Positions 53,426 through 64,000 of a DNA stretch of 64,000 nucleotides are shown here, piece by piece. Each line of letters starts with the position of its first letter. Position 1 is the first letter of the stretch. The stretch lies in NCBI GenBank assembly GCA_964016885.1, contig OZ024741.1, positions 140,554,001 to 140,618,000 of the forward strand. Reading direction: 5' to 3'. The position numbers and the translations under genes are program-made. This DNA comes from Eledone cirrhosa. Taxonomy: Eukaryota. The notes below the pieces were generated by a model that was not told where the DNA came from, made no database searches, and saw only the letters and a program-made list of their open reading frames with translations.

Positions 53426-53649
53426 AATTGCGATGATCGAACCTGACTCTGAAATCGCAAATTCTTCAGATACGGCTAAATCTATCGACGCAGACTTTCC
53501 AAATGTCCTATTTATCCCCACCCCCCGGCCTTCGCTCGCCAGCTTCTATCCTGTTCTTGTTGGTCGATGAGTGGTCAAGAATTGTGCACGTCATTGGTAT
53601 TTATGACCACTCATGCCGTCCATTTTTCTCGTTCCATTCATATGTCACT

Positions 53650-56600
53650 TGTCATACAAAGTTGGTCCTTTTAGCGGAATTACGCTGTAGGATGTAAGGG
53701 GTGGTATGAGTGAAACGCCCGCGCACTGCCACAGCCGTTTCGGCCTGTAGACACCCACATACGCATCCATAGTGCGCGCAAGCGCAATACAAAAAGGCTC
53801 GTATACACACACAATAATCATACACACACCTGCAACTGTATTATATACGAAAGTCACAGTAAATATTAAATGTGCACCGATTTCTTGGAAAACATTTTTT
53901 TAAAACTTAGAAAAACATGGAAAAACATGTCTGTACATATACCTGGAGTGATGCCTATATCAGTAAAAATTATACACATACATATATATATATATCTATA
54001 CATATATATATACACACACACACACACATAGAGGCGTATAGATACAGTGCATACGGAAGGGTACAATGAATAAATAGTAAATGCGCAGAAACTACATAAA
54101 GACATTTAACAAACACTTTAAAAAACCCTTTAAAAATCCCTTAGAAAAACCCTAAAAAAAACCTTGGATAAACATTTAAAAGAAACATAAAAAAAACACA
54201 CCTTCAAAAAAATACCTTAAAAAACACACATTTTTAAAAACATTATAAAAAAAGCCTTAAAAGAATCTTTCAGAAAATTATTTCAAATGTATTTCTAACA
54301 AATATACATACACTGTACTCAGGAAAGCATATATACTTCAAAGAAACATATACTTGAAAAAATACATATGCATGCACATATATACACATGAAAAAATGGA
54401 AAGTCTACATATACATACACCTACACAGACAAATACATATACATATATATACATATATATACCCACGCATACGCATGCACATGGGTATGCGTATACATCT
54501 TAAAAAACACATACTTGACGAATACCTACATATCTACTAACACACGCAAATGTGCACTGGACGCATAAAACATTATATGAAAAAACCTTCGTGAGACGTG
54601 GAATCCAATACATTCACGAAGCCATATATGCCCGAAAGTAAGAATTACGTAGCAGCCACATACTAATGACAAATAACATGGGAGGTACATATATGAATGC
54701 GTGTACGTAGAGAAAATGCATGAAAAAATATATACGTGAAAAAGGGGCACCAAGATACTAATGGGATATGCATAAAGTTACATAAAATACATAAAGACTG
54801 TGATGCATAGAGTTACATAAGATACATACATTCTGAGGGTCCAAGGGACTGAGTAGAAACCTGCACACCAACTATGCACATGACACAGATTTCATGACAG
54901 GTGGACACAGAGAACCGTCTAGTTATACACAAACAAGTTATATATATCGGGAATGTGTAGAATATCCTTTTCATAACAGTATATATGAAATGTACATCGA
55001 ACGGTTGCATAAATGGAATATACCAACGGTTTGTGGTGTAGTTATGGATATAGCAACGGCAACCAAAGTTAGAATTAACCTCAACATTAACCTTATATCC
55101 AACATCAAGTCCAATATTAAAATTGCAAATTAAAAATTAAAAATTAAAATTGAAAACCACAGATAAGGTTGAAAACATAATCAGACTTAGATTGAATCGC
55201 CGTCCCCGTGCTGGTGAGACGGCGTTATCCAAGGTACCTAACGACGTATGTATCGTTGGATCTGCCGTTGATTTCCGCGTGTTTCGCCGCGCATTCATTG
55301 GTATGCTGTCGCATGTTATGGTCCGCTGCGGGCGCTCCAACTGGCATCGTCGTACCGGTAATGCCTTAGTTAGACCCATCTGGTATCACTAAATCGGGGA
55401 GTGTGCATTTACGTTGATGTCTACAGACCATGATGATTTCAGATTTGAGGTTGACTGCGTCACCCTTTCGTTTTACTATCTCCATAGCCTCGGACAGGCA
55501 CAACCTGTACCTCACCTCGCCAGCCGAATACGCATTCGCGCGCTGGACGATACTCGTGTATGTTGCCCCGATATAGGTGTGCCTATAATTGTGCGTGGTA
55601 ACCGCACATCTGTAGACAACGCCCTTTGTCAGGCGCATTCCCTGTAGAGGGCACTGTTCACCTACACGGGAGTTACATGTCCGTGCTTCATTTTTGTCTG
55701 TCCCTTTATGTGGGTCTGACGTCTTAGTGGTGTTCTGACGTACCACAGTGGTATTCCGGCAGAGTGGTATTCACCACCCGCGGGTCTCTGTTGTCAAGTG
55801 TTGCGTCCTCTACGGCCACGGCGCTGTTCCCGGGTACATCGCCGAAACCACAGGCCACGTTCCCATGCGCTCCCTCCCCACGTGCCCCCCCCCCCCCGAG
55901 GTGCGTGTGGCCTGTAATGTTTGGCGGTGTGGAGTACTCATTTTCACTGCGTTGGCTCTGGCCATGTAGTCTGACATGTTGGGTGCTTTGGAAAAGGAGA
56001 ACTTCACGTTGTGGCGGTTGAATATTTTGTGGTATCTGTGCGATGCCGCGAAACGCTCGTCTAATGTCCTGAAGAAGCGTCAGGGCACGTTGGTGCATAC
56101 ATGCTTCGAGTAAGGAGCATTGAACCACGTTATGTTTCTAGACCTATTCTTATTCCGTCGTCTGGTACTAGTACCGTGTGCAGTATGATGTTGGTTTCCC
56201 TATGCTAGCTCTATGCTTAGAACTATTTTTTATGTCGGGAGAGAGGCATTCACTTACTATGTTGTTCTTGACATGTCTACTGGCCCCAATTTTCATCCCC
56301 GTCCTGCTATCCGAGTATCCCGCCGTATCTGTCTTAGTGTTAATTATCCTGGTGTCATGTCTACTGGCCCCAATTTTCATCCCCGTCCTGCTATCCGAGT
56401 ATCCCGCCGTATCTGTCTTAGTGTTAATTATCCTGGTGTTTTCTCTAACGTGTTCTATGTCCTGTGCTGCGTTAAATACTTCATTATCTTTTGTTCCCTC
56501 GTTATGGTCTGCGCTGGTGTTACGGTTCAGTCTGCATGCACTGGGATCCGCAGAACTCCCATGCGCCCTCGTCTGTCTATGCGTCGTGGTGTCTTCCTTG

Positions 56601-57350
56601 TGGTACGTAATAATCTTAGTCTTATCGTTATGTGTGTGCTCCCGGGTAGTTTGCCTGCTTATATTAGTACTAATGGTATCCCGGTGTGTGCGTTCCTCGG
56701 TATATGGCCTGCCCTTGTCCGGGGTATACACTATGGCTTCTGTGTAACCGACTCTGCCCAGTGCCACGTTATAGTAGTCGGCGTGTTTCTTGAACACATC
56801 TGCGTTGGCGGACAATGTGGATACGCGGTTCGATACTCCCATGACTATAGCGTCTATAACAGACTTGGGGTGGTTTCAGTGCCTGTTTAGGTATTGCAGG
56901 TTCTCGCTGGGCTTGTGATATGACCGGTACGTCTAGGAAGTTCACCGTCTTGGTGCTAGTTTCTATTAGCTCGGATAAGCCGTGCTGTTTAAAAAGGTAT
57001 GAGATGCACTCCCGCATACGCTCCAGCTGCATAGAGTTTAGTGAGTGGAAGGTAAATAGGGCATCGTCTCTATATAATCCCCCGCCTATCCCTGGTATCT
57101 CCTCTGCTAACCTATGGAGGGGGTAAATTCCCACCAGGTCCGTCACTTGTGTGGAGTGGTTCGACCCCATAGTGATGACGAAACTGTCGAGACTGTCGCT
57201 CCTTTCCCATAATCTACCGTCAAACCTTATTCGCATCTTTCTAGCTGCTATAATGATGTCCACTTTCCCTCTAGTGAGGTTGGACATGGCCATTGCGCTC
57301 ATGAGGCCCTTGTTCACAATTACTGGTGAAATGGAAGCATAGGGTTCAAT
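53650..57350 (-). mobile_element. Decayed 5'-truncated Naiad-type PLE
   Basis: RT (ITMGS..QVTDLVG, GGLYRDDAL, VNFLDV), EN (CPLQG..VVYRC..YIGAT..CRH); pLTR with decayed HHR at ~53717-53782. Confidence 0.85.
56275..56437. repeat. In-frame 81-bp tandem duplication in the PLE linker
   Basis: TRIINTKTDTAGYSDSRTGMKIGASRH twice. Confidence 0.9.
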
Positions 57351-57424
57351 TATGGTCAAGAGGTACATGTACCCTTTTTCAGTTTTTATTTTACAACCAA
57401 TACAAAAAAACTGAAAAGGTTTAC

Positions 57425-57510
57425 CGGGGACTCTACTCCCGACCAGGATCGAACTCCAGACGAGGATTACCACCGTCTATGCTTCCTCCAGCTAGGCCAC
57501 CGAGACAGCT
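57425..57510 (-). mobile_element. tRNA-derived SINE-like head (different family)
   Basis: Minus strand box A tggcctagctgg and box B gagttcgatcc; no clean cloverleaf. Confidence 0.45.
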
Positions 57511-57764
57511 ACAAACGTTTAATGAAAATTGATAATTATAAACCTACTTTCAAAATCAAAGTTTAAAAGACGTGGTGTCGCTCATGGCCTTCCTAGAGCT
57601 ATTAGTAATTTTTAGGGTCAACTTCTCGTCATTATTGAAAGTCTCTGGATTTCGCAAAAATACATAATATTTTATATTGGAGAAGGTAAGATATTTTTCC
57701 GCAAAATTTGATTGCACAGTTTTGTTTCCACTCATGTATTATTCTATAATGTTATTTATTCATC

Positions 57765-57858
57765 AACTTTGCCTTTCATCCTTACGGGGTCGATAAAAAT
57801 AAAGTACCAGTAATGTACTGGGATAATTGCTGGCCTTGTGCCAAAAGTAGAAACAGTT
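57765..57858 (+). mobile_element. SINE 3' fragment
   Basis: Central domain match. Confidence 0.75.
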
Positions 57859-58282
57859 ATTTATTCATTAAAAATGTTAAATGATAGCATTCTATATGTA
57901 CGTGGGACACGTTCATCTCCTGGCAACCAATATGTTTAGATCCAGTCTGCCACTGGATATCAGTGCACTTTGCCTAATGTTTACACTACAGGCGCATTCC
58001 ATGGTTTACCGCTACCCAAACAAGAATGGTTGTGGATTTAAATGAATAGGTATAATTGGGGGATGAGGGGACGTCGGGATGTATGCATACAATTAATTTA
58101 AATATAATGTGAACAGAAAGGTAAACACAAAGGTAAACAAAAAACAAAGGTGGAAAGATGCAGGCAACTTTGGCGAGAAGGTAGGAAAAGACATTGTCAA
58201 TTATTTTCTTTTTGGCAACCGGACAGGCAGATGGTCATCTAGGGATATCCTGGTGCACATGGGCGTGTATATTCTAATATAA

Positions 58283-61240
58283 CTTTCTTTTTATTTGCCA
58301 CCAGGGCATCAAAAGTGGGACAAGTACAATGGGGGGAGTTTACATAAAAAAGCGTCCTCAATAAGGAGGAGGCATTAACAAGATATAAAAATAAAATAAA
58401 ATATAACAAAATAAATTTAATAACAAAATCCTCAATATGGAGGAGGCGCCTTGGGGGATCGCACACACCCCCGAAAAAAGTGTGCAACCCTTCTACTCAG
58501 GAGCACAGAGAGGGGGTGATCCCTTGATCTTTCATCTTCCTCACCTATAGTCTGATGTAGAGTGAAGGCCCATTCACACGGGCCATTGTCGCCACTTTCA
58601 CCCATCTTTCATAAAAACGGCTGGGGTGCAGCAGCTCTCTCTCCATCCCGATCCTTCTTCCGAAATGATATCGGAAGAAACGGACCAGTTGTTGGCCAGA
58701 GAGAAAGGTGTCTGACCTCAGTCCTTTCAAATGCGTCCACCATGCAAAATCTTTCGCCATGGCTATTACGCACAGAAACACCGCCTCTCCTTCGTTTTTG
58801 AAGAGGGGAGGCGGCTTGATCGTTACAATAGGCTCAGTGGTCAACCGGATCGGTCCCACCCTTGACAGCAGTTGTTCGAGGTCACCCCACAGATCGGCAA
58901 TCCCCGAGCAGTGTACCAATGCGTGTGCAACGGTTTCCTGGTCGCACACGTATCTGGGACAGATCCTTTTCGAGGGGTCCCTACCCGGGCGCCCGTGTCT
59001 GTAGAGCCTTTCTCGAACAAGCAGAGCCCCTCGGTAGCACTGTCAGGCCAGGGACCTCTGGAAGTTATCCATGGGTCCCTACCGAACAGGTTGGCCAGTT
59101 CGTCTTCCTCCATGCCTAGGGCCTCTCCGAGGGCGGCGTCGGACCTGCTAACCACCAGCCCTCTATAGAATGACGAGGTGGATTCTCCACTGACAGCCGG
59201 GTCCGCCTGCCAGAGTGCCGTGAGCGCCTGGGCATACTCAGTGTGCCAGGCGCCCAGTTTTCTCGGTCTTTACTTGACCCAGGATTGCAGCTCGGTGAGT
59301 GAGACGAGTTTGGGAAAGGTTCGCCTCACAAACGGGCCCACACCGGTTGAACCGGTGAGGAATACCTGGAGGTGCCGTAGCCTTAATGCGTTTTTACGTA
59401 TCATTAGCCACGGCATCCCCAGCTCTCCTTTCGAAGGGTGTTGACAGCAGATGGATCTCCTCACCATAGGAGCCCGCTTCTTCCAAAGGAATGGAAGAGT
59501 GCGCGCTCCATTTTGGAGAGCGTTTCCTTTGGCCAAGGCACAACAGTCAGGCTGTAGTAGATGACGGACGCTATATAAGTGTTCGCCACCTCCGCACGAC
59601 CTTTCAGGGACAGTTTGCACTCGGCCCACTTCTGGGTCAGTGCAAACACCCTGTACGTTACCTCACCCCAGCTCTTCTCCACCTGGAGGTCTGGTCCGAA
59701 CCAGACCCCGAGCAACTTCACCGGGCCCTCCGTCAAGCGCCCGACGACGCCCTCGGAGGGCATCGATCTGCCCCTCCACGTGCCGAGTTGCAGACCGATC
59801 GACTTGTCCCGGTTCAGCTTAGCTCCTGTAAAGCTTTCGTACTCCTCCAGTAAGGTGCCGATCGCCCTATTTCCGAGGCCATCGACACCATTACTGTTAC
59901 GTCATCGGCGTAGGCCGACACCGCTTTCCGCAATCCCGGTTCCAACGGGATGCCCTGCAGCAACTCCAACTTCCGCAGCAGTGGCTCTAAAGTGGCTCTC
60001 AGAAGGGAGGAGACAGGGCACCCTTGTCGGATGGACCGCGCGATTTCGAACGGCTCCAAAAGGTAGCCGTTCACCTTGAGCCTAGAGCAGATGCGGCTTC
60101 TGTGCATAGCATTGATCCAGCCCCTGAAAACGGGTTAGAAGCCTGCCGCCGCTAGCACCGCATCCAGGTAACCATGGTCGACCCTATCGAATGCCTTAGA
60201 TTGATCCAAGTTGATCAGGGCCCCCTTCAAAGCCGGGTTCGTCCCAACCCTCTCTATGATGTATCGCATGAGGTGGAGGTAGTCGTGGATGGACCTGGAC
60301 GGGATAGCACATGTCTGCGCATCTCCCACCAGGTTTCCTACGACACGCGCCAACCTCTTTGCTAGCACCTTGGCCAAAATCTGCAACTCTGTATTTAGCA
60401 GAGTAATGGGCCTGAAATTATTAATATCGTCCCCTTTGTTCTCGTCCTTCCTCACTAGCGTGACTACGCCCTTGGTCACAGAACAGGGAATTCTTCCGTT
60501 CTGTTGCCAGTTGCAGTACGCCGCCTCGAGATCGGGGAACAAGTCCGGCATAGCTAGATATAGTTCGTATGGAAGACCATCGAGACCCGGGGATTTTCTT
60601 TGCCGCATTGGCTCAGCACATCCTCTATCTCAGCGGCTGAAATCGGCTCCTCGCAAGACTTCGCCTCCCTCTCCGTGAGACGCGGCAGGCCGTCGATGTA
60701 TGGACCGAAATCCACTAATCCAACCTGCTCCCCGCCCCTTCCGAACTATATGGCAAAGTGCTTTTGAAAAGCCTAGCACATCTGATTAGGCTCAAGGATC
60801 ACCCGTCCATCCTGGTCTCGCAAAGACCGGATAGTGGATCTGCTCCCTCTTTTGGCTTCTGTCACGCGGGCCCATCTAACAGCTTTTGTCCCCTCGTTTC
60901 CCAGAGCACGCATTTTGCTTCGGACGATGCAGCCTTCGTGTTTCGCGTCGAAGAACTGGCCCAGGGCCGTTCTCGACGCTAGCACTCTGGCCACGTCGAC
61001 GCTTCTAATTGCCTCTTCTACACTATCTACCAACTCCCTTTCCTTCCTATTTCTATTTGAGGCTAACTCCTTACTAAATTCTATAGAGACTACTCTAATC
61101 TCCTTTTTGAGAGATCCCCACCACCTGCTGTTGACGATGGCGCCCGTCAACCGCTCCTTAACTAAAGTGCTAATCCGGTCCCTGTAAGCCTTACTTGCCG
61201 ATAAGGACAAGTTGAGCTTCCAGTAACCGGGTCCCTGTCT
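58283..61240 (-). mobile_element. 5'-truncated L1/Tx1-clade LINE (ORF2 frameshifted)
   Basis: GPGYWKLN, KSPGLDGLPYELY, RPITLLN, LDQSKAFDRVDH, IRQGCP, AYADD, KLLGVWFG, CxxC..ETVAHALVHC; AATAAA at ~58290. Confidence 0.92.
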
Positions 61241-61322
61241 ATGCGTTCTGTCATGTCAAATAACACAATTGTTGGTATGATTGAAGGCTGCATAATCGGG
61301 ATTCATGTACATTCATTATTTG

Positions 61323-61490
61323 TTATCGGTAGAGGGTCGGACGCCATGCTTTCCAGCATAGTTACGTCACTTTACGATCTGAGTTCAAATCCCGCCGAGG
61401 TTGACTTTGCCTTTCAAACGGGGTCGATAAAATAAAGTACCAGTAATGCGCTGGATAATTGCTGGCCTTGTGCCTAAAGTAGAAACAATT
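61323..61490 (+). mobile_element. SINE copy
   Basis: Head plus central domain. Confidence 0.8.
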
Positions 61491-61859
61491 ATTTGTTAAA
61501 TTATTGTAAAGTTAAAGGAAATATGTTCGTTCGGAATCGCATTCCTGTGTATTTGCACAAACATTACATCACACCGGGAGAATATGTAGTGTTCCAAGTA
61601 CAGCAGTGGTCATACTAGGGTTACCGTACCCTGATATGCTTATGTACATTTTTGCATACATTATGTACGAGCCAATTCAGTGTTTTTTATGCAGTTGGCA
61701 TGTACGTACAGACGGGGATGATATGTGTAAACCAAGAGAGTTGGAGCGTTGCATAATTGAAATTGTGCTATTGCTATATAGGCCTAGGTAGAGCAAAAGC
61801 TATGCGTTAGCATAACAGATATATGTGTGTGTGTGCGTGTGTGTTTCTATCTATGAATC

Positions 61860-61890
<31 letters not shown>

Positions 61891-62071
61891 TGATTTTTCC
61901 CTGGATTTCACTAAATTCTGTGGATGAATTTGTATGCCGATTCCCTTTTGAGATGAGTTTGAATTATTTTTCCTACGTCTTACGTTAACTATTTTCCCAT
62001 CTTGACGACATAGTCGCATATATGTTATGGAATACTGTTAGCTTCTCGCTAAAACAATTTCTATACCTTTC

Positions 62072-62106
<35 letters not shown>

Positions 62107-62116
<10 letters not shown>

Positions 62117-62488
62117 GAAAACGAAATTTCATTTCTCACTCTTAGTATGGCACTTACTTAAATGTAAGTATGCATGTATACGTACATACATATATGTATA
62201 CAGACGTACAGTAGCATGCACATATATATATATATATACATATATACATACATATGCATACAGGTACACATACATATATGCACGTATCAGTTTAGCGGCG
62301 CTTATTATAACGTCGCTTTGTTCGTTTGTAAACAAACTGAACAGCCTGAATTTATGCCATACGGTGTTAAGGCAACCACGTCACCTTTTTGTTCAACACT
62401 GACACAGGAAGGATGTACTAGTTTCAAGCTTGTTAGCTAACATCAGCACCGTTTACCCATCTGCCAGATAGTTGAACGTTCGAAAGTA
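62107..62488 (-). mobile_element. Inverted partial copy of unit B (HHR core mutated to CTGATGT)
   Basis: Reverse complement of the array unit; abuts (TA)n at 62106. Confidence 0.85.
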
Positions 62489-62922
62489 CATCGTTCCTGT
62501 GTCAGTGTTGAACAAAAAGGTGACGTGGTTGCCTTAACACCGTATGGCATAAATTCAGGCTGTTCAGTTTGTTTACAAACGAACAAAGCGACGTTATAAT
62601 AAGCGCCGCTAAACTGATACGTGCATATATGTATGTGTACCTGTATGCATATGTATGTATATATGTATATATATATATATATGTGCATGCTACTGTACGT
62701 CTGTATACATATATGTATGTACGTATACATGCATACTTACATTTAAGTAAGTACCATACTAAGAGTGAGAAATGAAATTTCGTTTTCATTTTGTTTCAAT
62801 TTATCGTTTTCGGTATGCCTGACCGATTTAACTCACTCAATATGCAAATTAGGCTGCTCAGCCGTTAATTTTCATAAGGAAAGTATATACTTTCGAACGT
62901 TCAACTATCTGGCAGATGGGTA

Positions 62923-62967
62923 AACGGTGCTGATGATAGCTAACAAGCTTGAAACTAGTACATCGTT
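62923..62967 (+). ncRNA. Hammerhead ribozyme (GUA site after 62960)
   Basis: aacggtg-CTGATGA-t-agct-aaca-agct-t-GAAA-ctag-TA-catcgtt. Confidence 0.85.
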
Positions 62968-63394
62968 CCTGTGTCAGTGTGGAACAAAAAGGTGACGTGG
63001 TTGCCTTAACACCGTATGGCATAAATTCAGGCTGTTCAGTTTGTTTACAAACGAACAAAGCGACGTTATAATAAGCGCCGCTAAACTGATACGTGCATAT
63101 ATGTATGTGTACCTGTATGCATATGTATGTATATATGTATATATATATATATATGTGCATGCTACTGTACGTCTGTATACATATATGTATGTACGTATAC
63201 ATGCATACTTACATTTAAGTAAGTGCCATACTAAGAGTGAGAAATGAAATTTCGTTTTCATTTTGTTTCAATTTATCGTTTTCGGTATGCCTGACCGATT
63301 TAACTCACTCAATATGCAAATTAGGCTGCTCAGCCGTTAATTTTCATAAGGAAAGTATATACTTTCGAACGTTCAACTATCTGGCAGATGGGTA

Positions 63395-63439
63395 AACGGT
63401 GCTGATGATAGCTAACAAGCTTGAAACTAGTACATCGTT
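63395..63439 (+). ncRNA. Hammerhead ribozyme (array copy 2)
   Basis: Identical to 62923-62967. Confidence 0.85.
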
Positions 63440-63864
63440 CCTGTGTCAGTGTTGAACAAAAAGGTGACGTGGTTGCCTTAACACCGTATGGCATAAATTC
63501 AGGCTGTTCAGTTTGTTTACAAACGAACAAAGCGACGTTATAATAAGCGCCGCTAAACTGATACGTGCATATATGTATGTGTACCTGTATGCATATGTAT
63601 GTATATATGTATATATATATATATGTGCATGCTACTGTACGTCTGTATACATATATGTATGTACGTATACATGCATACTTACATTTAAGTAAGTACCATA
63701 CTAAGAGTGAGAAATGAAATTTCGTTTTCATTTTGTTTCAATTTATCGTTTTCGGTATGCCTGACCGATTTAACTCACTCAATATGCAAATTAGGCTGCT
63801 CAGCCGTTAATTTTCATAAGGAAAGTATATACTTTTGAACGTTCAACTATCTGGCAGATGGGTA

Positions 63865-63909
63865 AACGGTGCTGATGATAGCTAACAAGCTTGAAACTAG
63901 TACATCGTT
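63865..63909 (+). ncRNA. Hammerhead ribozyme (array copy 3)
   Basis: Identical to 62923-62967. Confidence 0.85.
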
Positions 63910-64000
63910 CCTGTGTCAGTGTTGAACAAAAAGGTGACGTGGTTGCCTTAACACCGTATGGCATAAATTCAGGCTGTTCAGTTTGTTTACAAACGAACAA

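Larger units (their letters stand above)
50075..53430 (-). mobile_element. Decayed Naiad-type PLE with inverted 5' RT segment
   Basis: pLTR ~50075-51700 with decayed HHR near 50225-50297; EN and RT C-terminus on minus; RT core on plus. Confidence 0.85.
62489..64000 (+). repeat. Tandem array of ~471-bp HHR-containing unit B (retrozyme-like); runs off the window
   Basis: CTGATGA cores at 62930, 63402 and 63872 (periods 472, 470); units nearly identical. Confidence 0.92.

Noticed and set aside
57425-57510. tRNA gene
   Set aside because: A and B boxes are present but there is no proper acceptor or anticodon stem; SINE-like
62022-63731. Repeated 68-133 aa ORFs in unit B (MKTKFHFSLL..)
   Set aside because: They run through RY microsatellite, change frame between copies after a 2-bp indel, and are not conserved in unit A

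Overview
AT-rich, microsatellite-laden animal genomic DNA with no clear intact host gene. The recurring tRNA-derived SINE carrying GCCTTTCATCCTTACGGGGTCGATAAAATAAAGTACC suggests an octopod cephalopod (inference). The window is dominated by Penelope-like retroelements (PLEs; RT + GIY-YIG) of at least two groups: one nearly intact ~1200-codon element and many Naiad-type fragments, mostly inserted in (TA)n tracts and often with inverted pseudo-LTRs (pLTRs). By eye I find about 16 well-formed and about 10 decayed minimal type-I hammerhead ribozymes (HHRs), including natural core variants. Other content is a canonical Helitron lacking its Rep domain, a Tx1/L1 LINE, a decayed RTE LINE, MITEs and a 21-bp minisatellite. 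The most striking observation is a pair of highly diverged, non-coding ~465-nt units (255-918 and a tandem array at 62107-64000). They share one HHR per unit and the same ordered set of covarying hairpins, and the array starts at the ribozyme cleavage site. This looks like a structured, probably circular, retrozyme-like RNA family mobilised by PLE machinery. All folding and coordinates were done by hand, so boundaries are approximate.
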